From assembly GCA_964596155.1 (NCBI GenBank), contig CAZQSI010000005.1, positions 2,275 through 66,274 on the forward strand: a stretch of 64,000 nucleotides of DNA, given 5' to 3'. A program made the position numbers and the translations under genes. Shown one piece after another: positions 55,770 to 64,000 of this stretch. A model generated the notes under the pieces. That model worked only from the letters and a program-made list of their open reading frames with translations, searched no databases and had not been told where the DNA came from. Source of the DNA: an uncultured Chitinophagaceae bacterium (GTDB lineage: Bacteria; Bacteroidota; Ignavibacteria; UBA10030; UBA8401). The first letter of the stretch is position 1; every line of letters begins with the position of its first letter.

Positions 55770-58061
55770 TTAAAATTCCCGGATATTGCCGTTGTCGAGC
55801 GAATCGGAACTGACGTGCAGGTCGCAATACGTCGGCAAATATTTTGAATTGAAAATTTCGGTGATTTTCACCGGACAAAATTCAGTCGCAAGTTTTTTCG
55901 TATCCGCACAGATTGTATCCCGCTCTACGCCGTTCGGCATGATGAAATACGGTTTCGTCACAGGAATGGTTTTGTCCTCATACACATATTTCATAAACCG
56001 CCCCCAAAGAGGAGCAGCGGCCCTGCCGCCCTGACCGTCAGCCGAGTTGAACGTGATGGACTGATCGTCGAAACCCACCCAGACCCCGGCGGCAAGCTGT
56101 GGCGTGAAGCCCACAAACCATGCATCCGCATAATCCTGCGTTGTGCCGGTTTTTCCTGCAGCGGGAAAATGAAAAAAGTTTCTCACTCTGATTCCGGAGC
56201 CTCTGTTGATCACGTCTTCCATCATGTTCGTCATGATGTACGCCGTTTCCTTGCTTAGAACTTCTTTTTTCTCGGGGAAATTTTCCTCAATGACATTTCC
56301 GTCCTTATCTTCAATTTTGAGAATCGAATTCGGTTCTACATACACTCCTTCGTTCGAGTACACTCCGTACGCGGAGGTCATTTCAAGAGGAGTGACCTGA
56401 GCCGTTCCGAGCGCGATTGAATAGTAGGGAGGAACGGGTGATTTTATTCCGAGCCGTCCGGCATAATCGACCACCTGATCTCTTGTGACGATATCCATGA
56501 TCACGCGGATGGTCACAAGATTCAGCGACTGTACAAGTGCATTGCGGAGCGTAGATTTGCCTCCGACATCTCCTTCAAAATTTCCGGGACGCCATTCGGA
56601 TCCGTCTTCCATGATGACAGTGATCGGCTGGTTTAATAATTCATACGTGGGAGGATATCCATTGTCAATCGCTACCGTATAGACGAACGGTTTAAATGAC
56701 GATCCCGGCTGACGGCGAATCTGTGTGACGTGATTCAATCCTCTTCCGAATGTTCTGAAATTTCTTCCGCCGATCATTGCGCGGATTCCGCCCGTTTTCG
56801 GATCGAGGGCGACAAAGCCGACCTCGATGGATTGCGCGACCTGTTTGATTGAATCGATAAATCGTGCATTATTTTTCAGGTAGGAGATGACGCTGTCCTT
56901 ATTCGTGCTTGATTTATACGCGGCAGTCTGCCGGACGGAGCGGTCCAGAATTTTATGCAGCAAAGCTCCTTTGTTATTCCAGCTCCAAATTTTATTGAAC
57001 TGCTCCTGTTGTTCCGCCAGATGTTCATCCACCGCCTTGTTGGCGTACGACTGCATACGGCTGTCCAGCGTCGTGTAGATCGATAATCCTTCTTTGTAAA
57101 TATTGAATCCGTATTTATCCGCCTTATCACGAAGCTGTTGACGGATATATTCCACAAAGTGAGGGGCAAGTCCGAGCGGCGTATCGTCATTCGATGAAAA
57201 AACCAGAGGCTCCGATTTTACTTTTTCTGCCATTTCTTTCGAGAGTTTCCCTTCCTGAACCATTAATGCCAGAACCAAATCACGGCGTGCGTACGCCCGT
57301 TCAGGATGCCGCTGAGGATCGTAGTAGGCCGGTCCGTTCAGAATGGCGACAAGCATCGCCGATTCGCCCAGGGTCAGGTCTTCAACCTGTTTTCCGAAAT
57401 AGATGCCGGCAGCGGCGGAAATTCCGTACACACTCCTGCCGAAATAGATTTGATTGAGATACATTTCAAGAATTTCCCGCTTCGTAAAATTCTTTTCAAT
57501 TTCTACGGAAGAGAAGAATTCCCTCAATTTCCGAGTTGCTTTGTCGAATGCACTTTCATCCCGCTGTTGAAAACCGAACAGATTTTTCGCAAGCTGCTGG
57601 GTAATCGTGCTTGCACCTTCCTTCAGACGCAGCGCCATAAGGTTTTTAAAGAGTGCGCGGATGAACCTCCAGGGAGTGACTCCCCAATGGTGATAAAAAT
57701 TCTTATCCTCGGTGGATATCAGTGCATCAATAACGCTTTGGGGAATTTGATCGTAACTGACATAGGTTCTGTTCTTTGTGGAATAGAATGTTCCGAGCAC
57801 TTCACCGTCGATCGAATAAATTTTGGTCGCCAATTCCGGGCGGGGATTTTCCAATTCTTCAAGGGAAGGGAGACCGGAAACAACGTAATTGTAATACACA
57901 CCCATCAGTACCAGCATCACAATGAACAAACCGAAGAAATAGAACCGGTGCCGCCGGAAAAAACCCTTGCTGCGCGTCAACAGGCTCTCGCGGTATTTTG
58001 GATCGTTGAAATATTTTTTCATTTCTTCGGAACTGTATTTCGGTTTTTTCTTGTCAGCCAT
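55770..58061 (-). CDS. mrcA: class A penicillin-binding protein (PBP1A; glycosyltransferase + transpeptidase)
   Basis: 763 aa. GT51 motifs are EDKNFYHHWG, GASTITQQLAKN and RKLREF. Transpeptidase motifs are SSFKP, SLN and KTGTT. Confidence 0.93.
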   Translation of the reverse strand: MADKKKPKYSSEEMKKYFNDPKYRESLLTRSKGFFRRHRFYFFGLFIVMLVLMGVYYNYVVSGLPSLEELENPRPELATKIYSIDGEVLGTFYSTKNRTYVSYDQIPQSVIDALISTEDKNFYHHWGVTPWRFIRALFKNLMALRLKEGASTITQQLAKNLFGFQQRDESAFDKATRKLREFFSSVEIEKNFTKREILEMYLNQIYFGRSVYGISAAAGIYFGKQVEDLTLGESAMLVAILNGPAYYDPQRHPERAYARRDLVLALMVQEGKLSKEMAEKVKSEPLVFSSNDDTPLGLAPHFVEYIRQQLRDKADKYGFNIYKEGLSIYTTLDSRMQSYANKAVDEHLAEQQEQFNKIWSWNNKGALLHKILDRSVRQTAAYKSSTNKDSVISYLKNNARFIDSIKQVAQSIEVGFVALDPKTGGIRAMIGGRNFRTFGRGLNHVTQIRRQPGSSFKPFVYTVAIDNGYPPTYELLNQPITVIMEDGSEWRPGNFEGDVGGKSTLRNALVQSLNLVTIRVIMDIVTRDQVVDYAGRLGIKSPVPPYYSIALGTAQVTPLEMTSAYGVYSNEGVYVEPNSILKIEDKDGNVIEENFPEKKEVLSKETAYIMTNMMEDVINRGSGIRVRNFFHFPAAGKTGTTQDYADAWFVGFTPQLAAGVWVGFDDQSITFNSADGQGGRAAAPLWGRFMKYVYEDKTIPVTKPYFIMPNGVERDTICADTKKLATEFCPVKITEIFNSKYLPTYCDLHVSSDSLDNGNIREF

Positions 58062-58073
58062 AGGTGATCTTCG

Positions 58074-58892
58074 TCAGGCGGTTCTGTCCCCCTTTTTTTT
58101 GCGGGAGTGTGTGCGGGAAGCGGATGATTGTTTCTTCGAACGCCGGGTGTTGACTCTCTCTGCGTGTTGATGATCCCATGTTTTTAGTTCGACGCTTTTT
58201 CCGTCGAATTCAGCATAGGTGTGATAGGTGATCCAGTCTCCCAAATTAATATATAATCCACCGCCTGCGGGCTGTGCAAGCGGTTTGTGTCGATGTCCCA
58301 TCATAATCACGTCAAATCCATCCGTCATTTTTTGTTCTGCGAACCGGATCATGCCGTCCGTCTCGCCGTAGTCCTTGTGTCCCGTATATTTTCTGCTGGT
58401 TTTTGATGACCCGCGGGCGAGCGGTGCAGTCCAGTCGGGATGAAGCAGCGAGTAGAGGAAAATACTAACCGGATGTCTGAGAATTTTCTTCAGAATCAGA
58501 TATCCCGTATCGTTCAGCGCCAGCCCGTCGCCGTGATGGAAATAGAATTTTTTACCGTGCAACGTCCGGCTGAACGGTTCATGATAGACCGGTATTCCCA
58601 GTTCGTCCGGAAAATAATCCTTCAGCCAGAAATCGTGATTCCCCGCGAGATAATGTACGGGAATTCCCTTCTCGACAAGCGATGCAAGTTTCGAGAGAAT
58701 ATGATGGTAACCCCGCGGGATAACATTCTTATATTCAAACCAGTAATCAAACAGGTCGCCGAGAATATAGAGTTCCTCGCCCTGTTGTTCTACATGCGAG
58801 AGGAAAGAAAGAAGATGCTGTTCTTTTGTTCGTTCCGACTGCCGGTCCTGCAACCCCAGATGAACATCAGAAAAGAAGAAGATTTTTTTCAT
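58074..58892 (-). CDS. lpxH: UDP-2,3-diacylglucosamine hydrolase LpxH
   Basis: 272 aa. Calcineurin-like motifs are FFSDVHLG, LGDLFDYW, GNHDFW and GHRHKP. Has a basic C-terminal tail of about 30 aa. Confidence 0.85.
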   Translation of the reverse strand: MKKIFFFSDVHLGLQDRQSERTKEQHLLSFLSHVEQQGEELYILGDLFDYWFEYKNVIPRGYHHILSKLASLVEKGIPVHYLAGNHDFWLKDYFPDELGIPVYHEPFSRTLHGKKFYFHHGDGLALNDTGYLILKKILRHPVSIFLYSLLHPDWTAPLARGSSKTSRKYTGHKDYGETDGMIRFAEQKMTDGFDVIMMGHRHKPLAQPAGGGLYINLGDWITYHTYAEFDGKSVELKTWDHQHAERVNTRRSKKQSSASRTHSRKKKGDRTA

Positions 58893-59320
58893 TATTGTAT
58901 TACGACGGTTGCTTCAATCTTTTGCGAAAATCTGTTGCACCACCCTTCTTTATCCGAGCAGTAAAAATAATTGAGCGTTCCTTTTAATCGTTGTTTGCCC
59001 GGCGACATTCCTTTCTTTGCTTTGACGGTAAACTCGACGGGCTGTGAAATTTCAAGATACTCTTTGTCGTCTTTCTGGAACCGGGGCGAGCCGACAAGTT
59101 CAAACGGCGAGTCTTTTTCCAGACGCAATTCAACAACGGGTGTTGAGTTAATGTGAATGCCTTCAACGGGGGTCATCCAAAAAGCGAGCACGGCCGGTTT
59201 GGCCGCGGAGAGTGCGGTCGGAACGTGCATTTCGATATTCACATGTTCATTGCTCGACAGCGTCTGCTTCTCTGCCGGCAGCAGAAACATCATCAGTGAA
59301 ATGAGAGTTATCATCGTCAT
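58892..59320 (-). CDS. hypothetical exported protein
   Basis: 142 aa with an N-terminal hydrophobic signal and a beta-rich body. Has a C-terminal CxxxxxxC pair (CSDKEGWC). Tentatively resembles a DsbD-N-like fold, unverified. Confidence 0.45.
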   Translation of the reverse strand: MTMITLISLMMFLLPAEKQTLSSNEHVNIEMHVPTALSAAKPAVLAFWMTPVEGIHINSTPVVELRLEKDSPFELVGSPRFQKDDKEYLEISQPVEFTVKAKKGMSPGKQRLKGTLNYFYCSDKEGWCNRFSQKIEATVVIQ

Positions 59321-60594
59321 TGCGGAACCTCCTCCGTTAATCGAACATGTTCTTTATCGTTGACCCGTTCCAGAAGAATCAATCCTGCCACGAAAAACAG
59401 GCCTATGACCAGCAGGGAAATCCGCTGGTCACCAGTAATATACGAAATCAGTCCGAACAAAAAAGTACCGACCACCGCCGAGGCTTTGCCGCACAATCCG
59501 TCGTAAAATCCGAAAAATTCAGCTTCCCGTTCTTTGGGCGTCAATTGTGCCATGAGACTTCTGCTGGCCGCCTGCGAGGCGCCCATGGAACTTCCTGCCA
59601 CGGCGCCGATCAGATAAAACACTTCCTTTGAATCAGTGACGAAAGCGGCACAGACCACTCCTATCCACAGCACAAGATTGATGGCGATCGTCCGCTTTGC
59701 TCCGATTTTGTCCGTAATGATACCGAAGATCAACGATCCGACAATGCCGGAGGCCTGAACGACCGCAAAGAGCACGAGCACTTCTTTCAGGGTGAAATGG
59801 AGCGTCTGCGTGGCAAAGATCGATGCAAAGGAGATAACAGTAAGAATCCCGTCATTGTAGATAAAAAACGCAAGGAGGAATTTTGCAACATTGGAATACT
59901 GTTTGAGATGACTGACGGTATCACGGACTCTGCGGAATCCGGCCGCGACATAGGAAACTTTATATTCGAACGTCGTTTTATGATCGCGAAGAAAGACGAA
60001 CAGCGGAACCGAAAAAAGAAAAAAGATTCCGGCAGCTATGACAAAACTGAGTTTCACATTTCCGAGGTTCGACGCTTCGAATCCCTCCGCATAGAGCGGC
60101 ATAGCGATAAGAAGCGTGACAAGCGAACCGACATATCCCATCGCAAAACCGTAACCCGAGACCCGGCCGTAGCTTCGTTCTGTTGTGAGATTGGGAAGGA
60201 ACGCATCATAAAACACCAGGCCGCCTTCAAAGCCGATGTTCGCGAGAATGAATAACACCATGCCGGTGAAAATCATTCCAGCATCGACAAAGAAGAGGAG
60301 TGCGGTGGAGACAATACTGACAAGAGTGAATCCGAACAAAAACCGTTTTCTTCTGGATGAGAAATCTGCCGCGGCACCGAGGACCGGGGCGATGATCGCC
60401 GTCAGAAGCATCGAAACACTGACAGCGATGCCCCAGAGAAAATCTCCCCGGCCGCTTCCTCCGGCGACGATCTCCTTGAAATAGAGTGAATATCCGACGG
60501 CAACAATCATCACGGAAAATGATGTGTTGGCAAAGTCAAAGAGTGTCCAGACAAAGATTTGAAAGCGGTTTGATTGGGATGAGAAGTGGTTCAT
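59317..60594 (-). CDS. MFS transporter (UMF1/Atg22-like)
   Basis: 425 aa with about 12 TM helices. The N-terminus WTLFDFANTSFSVMI is typical of the UMF1 family. Confidence 0.75.
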   Translation of the reverse strand: MNHFSSQSNRFQIFVWTLFDFANTSFSVMIVAVGYSLYFKEIVAGGSGRGDFLWGIAVSVSMLLTAIIAPVLGAAADFSSRRKRFLFGFTLVSIVSTALLFFVDAGMIFTGMVLFILANIGFEGGLVFYDAFLPNLTTERSYGRVSGYGFAMGYVGSLVTLLIAMPLYAEGFEASNLGNVKLSFVIAAGIFFLFSVPLFVFLRDHKTTFEYKVSYVAAGFRRVRDTVSHLKQYSNVAKFLLAFFIYNDGILTVISFASIFATQTLHFTLKEVLVLFAVVQASGIVGSLIFGIITDKIGAKRTIAINLVLWIGVVCAAFVTDSKEVFYLIGAVAGSSMGASQAASRSLMAQLTPKEREAEFFGFYDGLCGKASAVVGTFLFGLISYITGDQRISLLVIGLFFVAGLILLERVNDKEHVRLTEEVPQ

Positions 60595-60604
60595 TGAATA
60601 GAAA

Positions 60605-61096
60605 TTAACCGCGGGTTCGTTTCCCGTGGGTTTCCAGTAATCCGCGTCCTGTCTTTTTCAGCAGTCCTTCGGATTTAAGATCGATTAACACGGCATCCAA
60701 AATTCCGTTAATGAATGTACCGCTGTTTTCGGTTGAAAAGTCCTTGGCAATTTCGATAGATTCGTTGATGGTCACTTTCGGAGGAATGTCGGGGAAGTAC
60801 AGCAGTTCACAGACGCTCATGCGAAGCAATATTTTATCGATCAGGGCAATTCTGTGGAATTCCCAATGTTCCGTCTTCACTTTCAGCCGTTTATCGATTT
60901 CCGTTTGGTGAGAGACGACACCGTTAAACAGCAAGCGGGTAAATTCAGAATCATTGCCGGACGACTCTTCATCGTGCAGGATTGTTGCGGCGACATGTTC
61001 CGGCGTGTCTTTTGATATTTCCAGTGCATAGAGTGCCTGCATCACTCGTTCTCGAATCTGCCTGCGTTTGGGTATGTTCGGTTCTTCCATGCCCAT
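60605..61096 (-). CDS. nusB: transcription antitermination factor NusB
   Basis: RRQIRERVMQALYALE ... FTNGILDAV-type C-terminus (FINGILDAV). The start is ambiguous among TTG 61126, ATG 61096 and ATG 61090. Confidence 0.85.
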   Translation of the reverse strand: MGMEEPNIPKRRQIRERVMQALYALEISKDTPEHVAATILHDEESSGNDSEFTRLLFNGVVSHQTEIDKRLKVKTEHWEFHRIALIDKILLRMSVCELLYFPDIPPKVTINESIEIAKDFSTENSGTFINGILDAVLIDLKSEGLLKKTGRGLLETHGKRTRG

Positions 61097-61179
61097 AAGA
61101 TACGGAAAATTGAAACGCTGTGCCAATGATTATCGCGGGGATAGTTCGCACCGTGATGCGGTGAGCCGGTGATTTCGAA

Positions 61180-62496
61180 ATGAAAATTTTGTATTTTGTC
61201 TGCCGTATGATCTCACGAATGTTTCCTCCTCCTGTTGATCTTCCGCATGACCAGGTTCCTGCGCTGCACGAAAATATCAGGTACCATTTATTGGACGGTT
61301 CGCTGTATGTGCTGGGGATGAGCCTCATCTCGGTGCAAACGATTCTGCCTGTCTTCATCCGGGAATTGGGGGGAAGTCCTCTTTCCATCGGTTCGGTGCA
61401 GGTTCTCTGGACACTTGGACAAAATATCCCTTCTATTTTTATTGCTTATTATCTCAGGCGCAGCGTTCTGTTTTCTCCGGCAATGGTCTCCTGGGGACTT
61501 GCGCACCGGATGATGCTGCTCGTCTGCGGGCTTTCCGTGCTGCTGCTCGTGGGTACGGTTTCGACTCAGTTTATAGTTCCGATATTTCTGTTTCTCATCT
61601 TTCTGATACCGACCATCGGGTCGGTGTCCGGTTTGCCGTGGTTTCAGGTATTCACCAAGACGGTTCCCGTTACACTGCGCGGGAGATTGATGGGATTCCG
61701 GCAGCTGCTCGGTTCACTCGGCGGAGTGATCGGCGGGTCAATTGTCGGAGTTATTCTGTACGCCGTGGCATTCCCGACGGATTTTGCTCTTCTGTTTATT
61801 CTGGCGTTCGTCTTCACCATGACGTCGTTTTTTTTTCTCACGCGGATCACAGAGGTTCCGTCGGTCCGGCGCGGAGATCTGTTTCCGGAGTCCGACATCA
61901 TCGCCGATGTGAAGAGAATACTGAAAGAGAATAACAATTTCAGATATTTTCTGACCGCCGACATCCTCACGGTGATGGCGCTCTCCGCTTCTTCGTTTTA
62001 TGCCGTGTATGCTCTCGAACAGTACAATCTCTCTTCGTCATATGCCGGAACATTTACCGGAGTGATGATGCTTTCGAATATTGCCGCCACCATCCTGTTC
62101 GGATACATTGCCGATGCGTACGGACACAAAGTGAACTTATTGGCATATGCAGGGTGCACTGCGCTCGGTGGGATGATAGCAATCATCTCGCCCAATGTTC
62201 TGGTGTATGGATTCGTATTTTTCTTTCTTGCATGCGGTTCCACCATTCAAATGATCTCGCGACTCTCATTCGTTGCTGAATTGAGCTCGGAGGAGGATCG
62301 GCCCGTCTATATCGGCATCGTCAACACATTTACGGCACCGTCGGCGTTTATGGGACTGCTCTTCGGTTGGCTTATTCCGAAGGTGGGGTACGAAATGATT
62401 TTTTTAATTGCGTCATTGATTGCCGGCCTTTCGTTTCTGATATTATACCGTTCAGTGACGGAACCAAGGAATATTATGACGAACGGAAACCAATGA
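61180..62496 (+). CDS. MFS transporter
   Basis: 438 aa with 12 predicted TM helices. Substrate unknown. Confidence 0.75.
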   Translation: MKILYFVCRMISRMFPPPVDLPHDQVPALHENIRYHLLDGSLYVLGMSLISVQTILPVFIRELGGSPLSIGSVQVLWTLGQNIPSIFIAYYLRRSVLFSPAMVSWGLAHRMMLLVCGLSVLLLVGTVSTQFIVPIFLFLIFLIPTIGSVSGLPWFQVFTKTVPVTLRGRLMGFRQLLGSLGGVIGGSIVGVILYAVAFPTDFALLFILAFVFTMTSFFFLTRITEVPSVRRGDLFPESDIIADVKRILKENNNFRYFLTADILTVMALSASSFYAVYALEQYNLSSSYAGTFTGVMMLSNIAATILFGYIADAYGHKVNLLAYAGCTALGGMIAIISPNVLVYGFVFFFLACGSTIQMISRLSFVAELSSEEDRPVYIGIVNTFTAPSAFMGLLFGWLIPKVGYEMIFLIASLIAGLSFLILYRSVTEPRNIMTNGNQ

Positions 62497-62798
62497 AACC
62501 ATTGTCCATCAAACAAACAGATCAGCAAACGATTACCATCACCTGGGATGATTCGCTGGTGACGCCGCTTCCTATCACACAGCTGCGGGATGAATGTCCG
62601 TGTGCAGAATGCAAAGGCGAAACGATATTAATGCAGCAGATTCTTCCTGTGTTGAAACCGCACCGGCCGGGGCATTATGATATTTCTTCTATTGTACCTG
62701 TGGGCAGCTACGCCGTCCAGATTACCTGGGGAGACGGGCATGCCACCGGATTATATTCCTGGGAGTATTTGCGTCAGCTGCATTTTAAAAACAAATAA
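62493..62798 (+). CDS. DUF971 (gamma-butyrobetaine hydroxylase N-terminal-like) zinc-binding protein
   Basis: ATG 62493 overlaps the MFS stop (ATGA). Motifs are LRDECPCAECKGE and GSYAVQITWGDGHATGLYSWEYL. Confidence 0.7.
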   Translation: MKPLSIKQTDQQTITITWDDSLVTPLPITQLRDECPCAECKGETILMQQILPVLKPHRPGHYDISSIVPVGSYAVQITWGDGHATGLYSWEYLRQLHFKNK

Positions 62799-62826
62799 CT
62801 GAACTTCACGACAATCCGGAAGCCCT

Positions 62827-63234
62827 ATGACAAAAAAGGAACGAGAGGAACTTATCAGCCTTGCCGTTGATGCAAAGCAATTCTCATATTCCCCCTATTC
62901 GAAGTTCAGAGTCGGTGCATCAATCCTGACCGATGACGGGAGAATGTTTTCCGGATGCAATGTTGAAAATGCTTCGTACGGACTCGCGATCTGTGCCGAG
63001 CGGAATGCAATCTTTCACGGTATCAGGGCGGGAATGAATAAAATCACCGCCGTTGTTGTGACATCCGATGAACGCGCGTTTATCACCCCGTGCGGTGCCT
63101 GCAGGCAGGTCATCGCCGAATTTTCGGACGGCGCCGCAGAGATTCTGCTTGTTACTTCGCAGGGAAAGACCCGGTCAGTGAAAATGAAGGATATTTTTCC
63201 TTCACCTCCTGCACTTGATTCATTAAAGAAATGA
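62827..63234 (+). CDS. cdd: cytidine deaminase
   Basis: 135 aa. Zinc motifs are CAERNAIF and PCGACRQ. Confidence 0.9.
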   Translation: MTKKEREELISLAVDAKQFSYSPYSKFRVGASILTDDGRMFSGCNVENASYGLAICAERNAIFHGIRAGMNKITAVVVTSDERAFITPCGACRQVIAEFSDGAAEILLVTSQGKTRSVKMKDIFPSPPALDSLKK

Positions 63235-63788
63235 TGCGCATCATTATCGCCAGTATGCGGACACCGAAGATCAACGGCGTCCGGAAAGCTTTTCAAGCCC
63301 TTTCAACCGTTCATGGATTCGATTTCTCCAATCTGAGCTTCGAGACGGCGGACGTTGCCAGCGGAGTGCCGGACACGCCGATGACAATCGCAGAGACGAT
63401 GACGGGAGCCCGGAACAGAGCCGAGCGATCCTTTCAAACAGATGGTAACAAGAGAGTGTTGAGTCTGGGGGTTGAAGGGGGATTGTTTACACACAACGAT
63501 AAAATATTTTTACAAAGCTGGGTCTGCGTGTTTACGGGAAAACTGTTTCATTTCGGCGGCTCCGGTGCCGTTGAACTTCCAATCCCTCTTGCGCAGGATG
63601 TCGTTGAACGCGGTATTGAGCTCGGTGTTGCCATCGATTCGTTTGCCAGGCGATCGAACGTCCGGAGCGGCGCGGGCACATTCGGGATTCTGACGAAAGA
63701 TATGATTTCCAGAGAAGATTCTTTCGAACAGGCGGCTATTTTTGCCCTGACGCCGTATTTTCATTCGGCGATGTACTCAATTCGGTAA
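63231..63788 (+). CDS. inosine/xanthosine triphosphatase (YjjX/DUF84 family)
   Basis: 185 aa. Motifs are IIIASMRTPKINGVRKAF and SGVPDTPMTIAETMTGARNRA. Overlaps cdd by 4 nt. Confidence 0.8.
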   Translation: MMRIIIASMRTPKINGVRKAFQALSTVHGFDFSNLSFETADVASGVPDTPMTIAETMTGARNRAERSFQTDGNKRVLSLGVEGGLFTHNDKIFLQSWVCVFTGKLFHFGGSGAVELPIPLAQDVVERGIELGVAIDSFARRSNVRSGAGTFGILTKDMISREDSFEQAAIFALTPYFHSAMYSIR

Positions 63789-63883
63789 TAATTTAGTAAC
63801 AATAGGTTGACATCAGCGAATTGTGATGATGCCAATTCTTGTCTATATTTGTTCCGGTGCAACGACACAAAGAAAAGGATGAG

Positions 63884-64000
63884 ATGAAACATACGATCCT
63901 CGTAGCCGATGATGAACGTGATATTGTAGACTTCCTGTCATACAATCTGAAAAAGGAAGGATATGATGTGCTGACGGCCCATAACGGAACAGAAGCAGTC
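63884..64000 (+). CDS. response regulator, receiver domain N-terminus (3' end outside window)
   Basis: MKHTILVADDERDIVDFLSYNLKKEGYDVLTAHNGTEAV is a typical REC-domain start with the acidic pocket DD. Confidence 0.75.
   Translation, partial: MKHTILVADDERDIVDFLSYNLKKEGYDVLTAHNGTEAV

Noticed and set aside
57306-58067. 253-aa ORF on the plus strand
   Set aside because: It is antisense to the glycosyltransferase domain of PBP1A and is a shadow ORF.
58088-58100. C5T8 homopolymer inside the basic C-terminal tail of lpxH as a possible phase-variation site
   Set aside because: It lies in the last 10 codons of an essential-pathway gene. A frameshift would only alter a short tail, and there is no evidence of length variation from a single sequence.
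1-64000. Scan for CRISPR arrays, rRNA/tRNA genes, transposases, integrases, phage genes and toxin-antitoxin or restriction-type defence genes
   Set aside because: No spaced direct-repeat array, no recognisable RNA gene, and no mobile-element or defence-type protein motif was seen in any translated frame. This rests on visual inspection only, so small ncRNAs could be missed.

Overview
This 64 kb chromosomal window holds about 57 tightly packed protein-coding genes. I found no rRNA, tRNA, CRISPR array, transposase or integrase by eye. A T9SS-type C-terminal sorting domain on a secreted metzincin, two TonB-dependent receptors fronted by CarboxypepD_reg domains, and lipid A/LPS genes suggest a Gram-negative of the FCB group (Ignavibacteria/Bacteroidota-like). 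That placement is inference only. Housekeeping blocks are sufD'-sufS-sufU-sufT plus a superoxide dismutase; secA; citrate synthase plus class I fumarase; secD/secF; lpxH, an LpxL-family acyltransferase, a heptosyltransferase and PBP1A; nusB; and cdd. An RsbU/V/W-like partner-switching module has no adjacent sigma factor. The stand-out region is 18.4-34.6 kb, with 13 co-oriented genes that form a complete retractile type IV filament machine: PilC, PilB, PilT, a fused PilM-PilN, a PilO/PilP-like protein and a short secretin. All five putative filament subunits begin with Met-Gly and run straight into the hydrophobic helix. They have no basic leader, no G|FTLIE processing site, and in the two major subunits no Glu5, Pro22 or Cys. 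No prepilin peptidase is encoded in the window. A GT-C+TPR membrane glycosyltransferase lies upstream of the locus, and a 1322-aa Ig-repeat lipoprotein closes it. It also carries a strong sigma-54-type promoter match. All functional calls come from motif recognition in the supplied translations. No database search was run.
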